64,000 bases of DNA from Bdellovibrionota bacterium (GTDB lineage Bacteria; Bdellovibrionota_C; UBA2361; JBGSMV01): positions 120,294-184,293 of the forward strand of contig JBGSMV010000029.1 of NCBI GenBank assembly GCA_041739995.1, read 5' to 3'. Every line of letters starts with the position of its first letter. Within the stretch, counting starts at the first letter, position 1. A program made the position numbers and the translations under genes. Below, one piece after another: positions 60,381-64,000 of this stretch. The notes beneath the pieces were generated by a model, which searched no databases, was not told the DNA's origin, and saw only the letters and a list, made by a program, of their open reading frames with translations.

Positions 60381-61886
60381 CTATCGACTCCGTAAAAGTT
60401 TGTCGTGCTGACTATCAACCTGCTGTTGGTACGCAGAGAACTTGCCTGCGCCCTCTGCTCCATGCAGCCCGTCCGCTAATGCTCTAATTACATCTGCGTT
60501 TTCGTTGTTGGCTCCAAGACCTCCGCGAGGAATCCACTGTGCTATATTAGTTCTTCTTCTCAAGAAATCTTCGATTGACTGGCACAACTCATGCTCCTTG
60601 GCCCAACTTGTTGCGGGATGTTCTATGGGAACTTTGCCAAACATTTCACTACGACGCTGCATGATTTCAACACCAGAAGCAGGGAGGACCGGAGGCATTG
60701 GCCCAAGAGCGGACTGAATATAATTGCAGATCTTCCGCGCAGCATAGAACGAGCTAGTAATTTTTCCTCCGTAGCACACAACCGCTTGAGAATCCTTTAG
60801 CCTAACGATCTCGAAGCGCTTTGACCGCTCGAGAGAGCTGCAATTTGATCGGTCTTCTTTCGGGACAGCTAACGGTCGAATTCCACACCGAAGTGATATG
60901 ATATCGGCGTGACAAACCTGGTCCGTAAGCACATTATTCAAGGTCTCTAGGAGATAGTTGATGTCCTCACGAGTGGCGGCAAATCCCTCCTCAATAGAGT
61001 TGACTACGTTTTCCGTTGACCCCCACAATGACACTGGACCCCACGGAACAAGGGACATTCCTTCGTCGCCATAGGGACTGTCAAAGACCAGGGTTTCAGT
61101 ATGACTCTCATGCCGTGGGACGGAGATACTAACTCCCTTACCAAGTACATGCCGAAATGGAGTGCTCAAGGAAAGAGAATCATTGACTGTGTCAGTCCAA
61201 ATCCCGCTACAATTTAGAACCCATTTCGTTAAAACCCGCTTCCTCTGTTTTGTCGCCTGATTCTGCAGCTCAAGCTCCCAGGTCTTTGAAACCCGGTCGA
61301 ACCGTCCATCCACCACTTTTGAATAGTTCAGCGGCAGTGCCACAGAGCGCCTCGCCTGAAGAATGAGGTCCAGCACGAACCTGGCATCTGAGGTCTGTAA
61401 CTGTGCTTCCTCGTATACTAAGCTTTGCCCGCGAAGCGAGACGAAAGCTGGGGCCACGGATGGCGCACACCTTTTCGGCCGCGCTCTTTTACCGGATGCG
61501 AGGATCCAATAGGCCCAAAGGGCACATTCTATTAGGGCGGGCGAGCGGTGTGGGCGAGAATCTTTAGAGAAAAGGAAACGAAACTTTTGTGGTGATACAA
61601 AGGCCGGGAAGCGTTTAATTAACTCCTCTCTTGCCCGCGCCAGTCGGAACACCTCGAAGAAGTCCAGATTTCTTAAATACAGGAGCCCACCCCAAACTGT
61701 CAGAGCAGAAGCCTGGCTGGTTGCTGATGCAAAGTCCCCCTGCTCCGCCAGCAGGACTCGGCACCCCCTGCTTGCAAGATCGTGAAAGGCTGCAGCACCT
61801 AGAATTCCTCCACCGATAATCACTACATCGGTTTCAGATGTAGGCGTTTCCCAGAATTGCCGATAGCTTTGAGCTAATGTTTGCAT
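60381..61886 (-). CDS. GlpD-like FAD-dependent oxidoreductase
   Basis: IIGGGILG, EQGDFASATS, GGLLYL, DARFV, GIRPL, GGKITS and DFLRRRT. Confidence 0.88.
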   Translation of the reverse strand: MQTLAQSYRQFWETPTSETDVVIIGGGILGAAAFHDLASRGCRVLLAEQGDFASATSQASALTVWGGLLYLRNLDFFEVFRLARAREELIKRFPAFVSPQKFRFLFSKDSRPHRSPALIECALWAYWILASGKRARPKRCAPSVAPAFVSLRGQSLVYEEAQLQTSDARFVLDLILQARRSVALPLNYSKVVDGRFDRVSKTWELELQNQATKQRKRVLTKWVLNCSGIWTDTVNDSLSLSTPFRHVLGKGVSISVPRHESHTETLVFDSPYGDEGMSLVPWGPVSLWGSTENVVNSIEEGFAATREDINYLLETLNNVLTDQVCHADIISLRCGIRPLAVPKEDRSNCSSLERSKRFEIVRLKDSQAVVCYGGKITSSFYAARKICNYIQSALGPMPPVLPASGVEIMQRRSEMFGKVPIEHPATSWAKEHELCQSIEDFLRRRTNIAQWIPRGGLGANNENADVIRALADGLHGAEGAGKFSAYQQQVDSQHDKLLRSR

Positions 61887-61942
61887 CTTTGATAGAAAAC
61901 CTGGCTACAGAAACCAGTTAACGGTGTGATAGCCTCACAGAG

Positions 61943-62293
61943 GTGAGCTTAAGAATCCTGGACATACTCTGCCACACCCTCCACATACTGGTAATATCCT
62001 TTTGTCTGGGTGGGTGGATAATGCCCTCAACAAGAGAGTGGCATTCATATCTGCTTATCCTGATTTTTCTTTCCTGGTTTGGCTTAGGATTTTGGAAGGG
62101 ATGGGGGTACTGCGCCATTACTGACATGCATTGGTCGGTGAAGAAAAGGAGAAAGGAAGAGCTTCTGACCGACTCTTATGTGAAATATCTCCTGGATAAG
62201 GTGTTTAAGAGAGATTTTGATCCGATCAGAGTTAATCAGGTTACGGTAGGACTGTTCGCATTTTCGGTTCTGGCCAATCTTTTAACGCGATGA
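61943..62293 (+). CDS. Small membrane protein (DUF2784-like)
   Basis: H..VI.F...GW, SWFGLG...GWGYCAITD.HW. Confidence 0.7.
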   Translation: MSLRILDILCHTLHILVISFCLGGWIMPSTREWHSYLLILIFLSWFGLGFWKGWGYCAITDMHWSVKKRRKEELLTDSYVKYLLDKVFKRDFDPIRVNQVTVGLFAFSVLANLLTR

Positions 62294-62428
62294 CCTCAAG
62301 ATGGTTTATCCAAAGACCACGAAAGCTCAGCATGAGCTTGGTATCGCCCATTCTGTCAAGATTGTAGCGCTTTTAGTGGAAATCGCTCCCACCGACTCAC
62401 ATCCACGATAGCCAAGACAGCGCATTTT

Positions 62429-62920
62429 CTACTCATGATCTACAAGCTCGTCGATCTCCCTTGCTCGCTTAAGAAGATCTTCGGCTAACTTGCTTCTATT
62501 CGTCCGCTGATAAAGCGCAGCAAGGTTCTTGAGACTTTTACCAACAGACGGATGCTCTCTACCTAAGACTCTTTCCCGCATTGCCAACGATCGCATATAT
62601 AGACTCTCAGCTTCGGAGTTCTGGCCTTGAGAAACGTAGAGCACCGCCAAGTTATTGAGACTTGTTGCCACGTTAGGATGGTCTGGTCCGAACGCGCTCT
62701 CCCAAATTCCCAACGACCGTCTATAGAGAGGCTCAGCATCTGCATAATGACCCTGACTCCTAGCCAGATCTGCAAGGTTATTGAGAACTATAGCCACATC
62801 CGGATGATTTGCCCCTAATGCATGCTCCCAAATTTCTAACGAGCGACGATAGTGTTGTTCAGCTTTCTCGATCAGACCTTGAGTCGTGTATAGATCGGCC
62901 AGGTTGTTAAGACTTAACGG
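62429..62920 (-). pseudogene. 5'-truncated TPR (kinesin-light-chain-like) protein
   Basis: Repeats SLNNLA.LY..QG....AE.LY.RSL...E..LG..HP begin mid-repeat right at the IS end. Confidence 0.8.
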
Positions 62921-63479
62921 TGGGTAGGAAGATCGATCCAACTTTTTGAGATGATTGGGAAATATATTGAGAAATAATGATTATGTGGTGCGGGATGGTT
63001 TAAGGGCGTTGAGGTTCCTGGGGGCGTGGTAAGGCAAGAGTGCCGAGAGCGGCAGCGGCTAAATGCGAAGAGATGGATTTCGAGAGTTTTGGGGTGCTGC
63101 TGCCTGGTGAAAGGCGTAGCGGGGGCGTTTTTTGTAGAGATTTGGGTGCAGGGTTCCTGAAGCGGTGCTAAGCGCTGAAGTCGTCGGGCGGGAAGTGGTC
63201 GAAGCATTCTAGCTGAGGTGGTCTCGGTATCTTTGGCGGAGCCTGCGCGCGCGGCATACTGAGAGCATCAGCGATTTTGAGAATCTCGCGTTCATCGGTG
63301 AGGAAGGCAACGAGTCTCATCTGGCTTTTGCAGCGCGGACACTCGAGAGGGTCTATTTCGAAGACGCGCTTCATGCACGCTGCCCAACTCACAGAAGGTT
63401 CTGTTCTCTGCTCCTGCGTAGCTGACTCGTCCGGGACTGGCGCCTGCTTTGCGCGCTCACCTCTTCTGCGACACGAGTA

Positions 63480-63532
63480 CCGTTCGGCTGCCTTCGACCC
63501 GAGCTCAGGCCGAGGGTAGCTCACGGCCGAAG
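63480..63532. repeat. Nested REP-like palindromic insertion
   Basis: Outer CCGTTCGGCTG..AGCTCACGGCCGAAG encloses inner CCTTCGACCCGAGCTCAGGCCGAGGG. Confidence 0.75.
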
Positions 63533-63629
63533 CCATCCATAGTAGCGGGTAACAGACTCATACGGTTTGGGGATGTGGCACCCGCTCAAGCACTGTGTCG
63601 TAGAGGTGCTCTCCGAATTTGACGGCGCG

Positions 63630-63697
63630 CCCGCCTACGCAAAATGCTACGGCGTGGTCTAATAGTCAGTCCCGGCGTAGCTTTACGCGAAGACGGA
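63630..63697. repeat. Inverted REP-like doublet insertion
   Basis: CCGCCTACGCAAAATGCTACGGCGTGG and an inverted related copy CCCGGCGTAGCTTTACGCGAAGACGG. Confidence 0.75.
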
Positions 63698-64000
63698 CTT
63701 GGCGTTGCACGACGGGCATAGACCCCGTTTCTTACAAGAGAACGCCACCAGGAGCGAGTGCTTGCAGGTGTCGCAGTACACCCGAGCTGCACCGTGCTGG
63801 AGGAGTCCACAGTTAAGATACTCGTCGAAGGTTTCAAGTACCTCATCACACAGCACCCAGTAGGTTGGCTGGAATCGATCTTCCCAGACACGCGGGAGTT
63901 CATCGCGTCCGTAGTACACAATCCGGTAGAGCGGCGTTTCTTCCGGTTGTCTTCGGCGGTAGTGCTGGAGCTTTGCCTTGGTGCGCTCCCAATTGCGGCA

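Larger units (their letters stand above)
62921..64000 (-). mobile_element. IS91/ISCR-like element relic (extends beyond window)
   Basis: Transposase pieces YRRRQPEETPLYRIV..CGLLQHG..VAFSCKKRGLCPSC, HIPKPYESVTRYYGW and WAACMKRVFEIDPLECPRC. An oriIS-like end GATCTTCCTACCC lies about 230 bp after the stop. Confidence 0.85.
63168..64000 (-). pseudogene. IS91-family transposase pseudogene (internal deletion plus two insertions)
   Basis: Reconstructs as ...CNAK|68 bp|RAVKFGEHLYDTVLERVPH<deletion>HIPKPYESVTRYYGW|53 bp|YSCRRRGERAK... Confidence 0.85.

Noticed and set aside
63586..63921. Alternative ORFs over the transposase relic
   Set aside because: Off-frame products; the transposase motifs lie in other frames.
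1..64000. CRISPR arrays, tRNA/rRNA, riboswitches, and the many short antisense ORFs in the track
   Set aside because: No regularly spaced repeats or RNA-gene signatures were recognised by eye. The short ORFs overlap well-supported genes and lack motifs.

Overview
A gene-dense chromosomal window from a flagellated diderm bacterium. Gene style suggests a Deltaproteobacteria/Bdellovibrionota-like lineage, but that is inference only. Housekeeping genes: fliW (3' part), purM, rpmB, sthA, murJ, an Fe/Mn SOD, mlaA, a large NAD-glutamate dehydrogenase, a GH31 glycosidase and a MazG-like pyrophosphatase. Signalling genes: HDOD protein, STAS plus REC-HATPase partner-switch pair, PAS hybrid kinase, a FleQ-like/TPR/FleS-like/FleR-like sigma54 operon, and a PilB/GspE ATPase fused to a receiver domain. 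Surface-glycosylation genes: a triple-glycosyltransferase-TPR giant and a CgeB-like GT. A ~135-145 bp palindromic MITE-like repeat occurs three times. From ~58.3 kb the window looks accessory. It holds a perfect 17-6-17 inverted repeat resembling a tyrosine-recombinase site, a truncated beta-barrel gene, a GlpD-like oxidoreductase + DegT aminotransferase pair with an altered substrate motif, a 5'-truncated TPR gene, and an IS91/ISCR-like transposase relic. The relic is internally deleted and interrupted by two different REP-like palindromic insertions, one of them nested. No rRNA, tRNA or CRISPR array was recognised. All family calls come from motif recognition by eye; no database searches were run.
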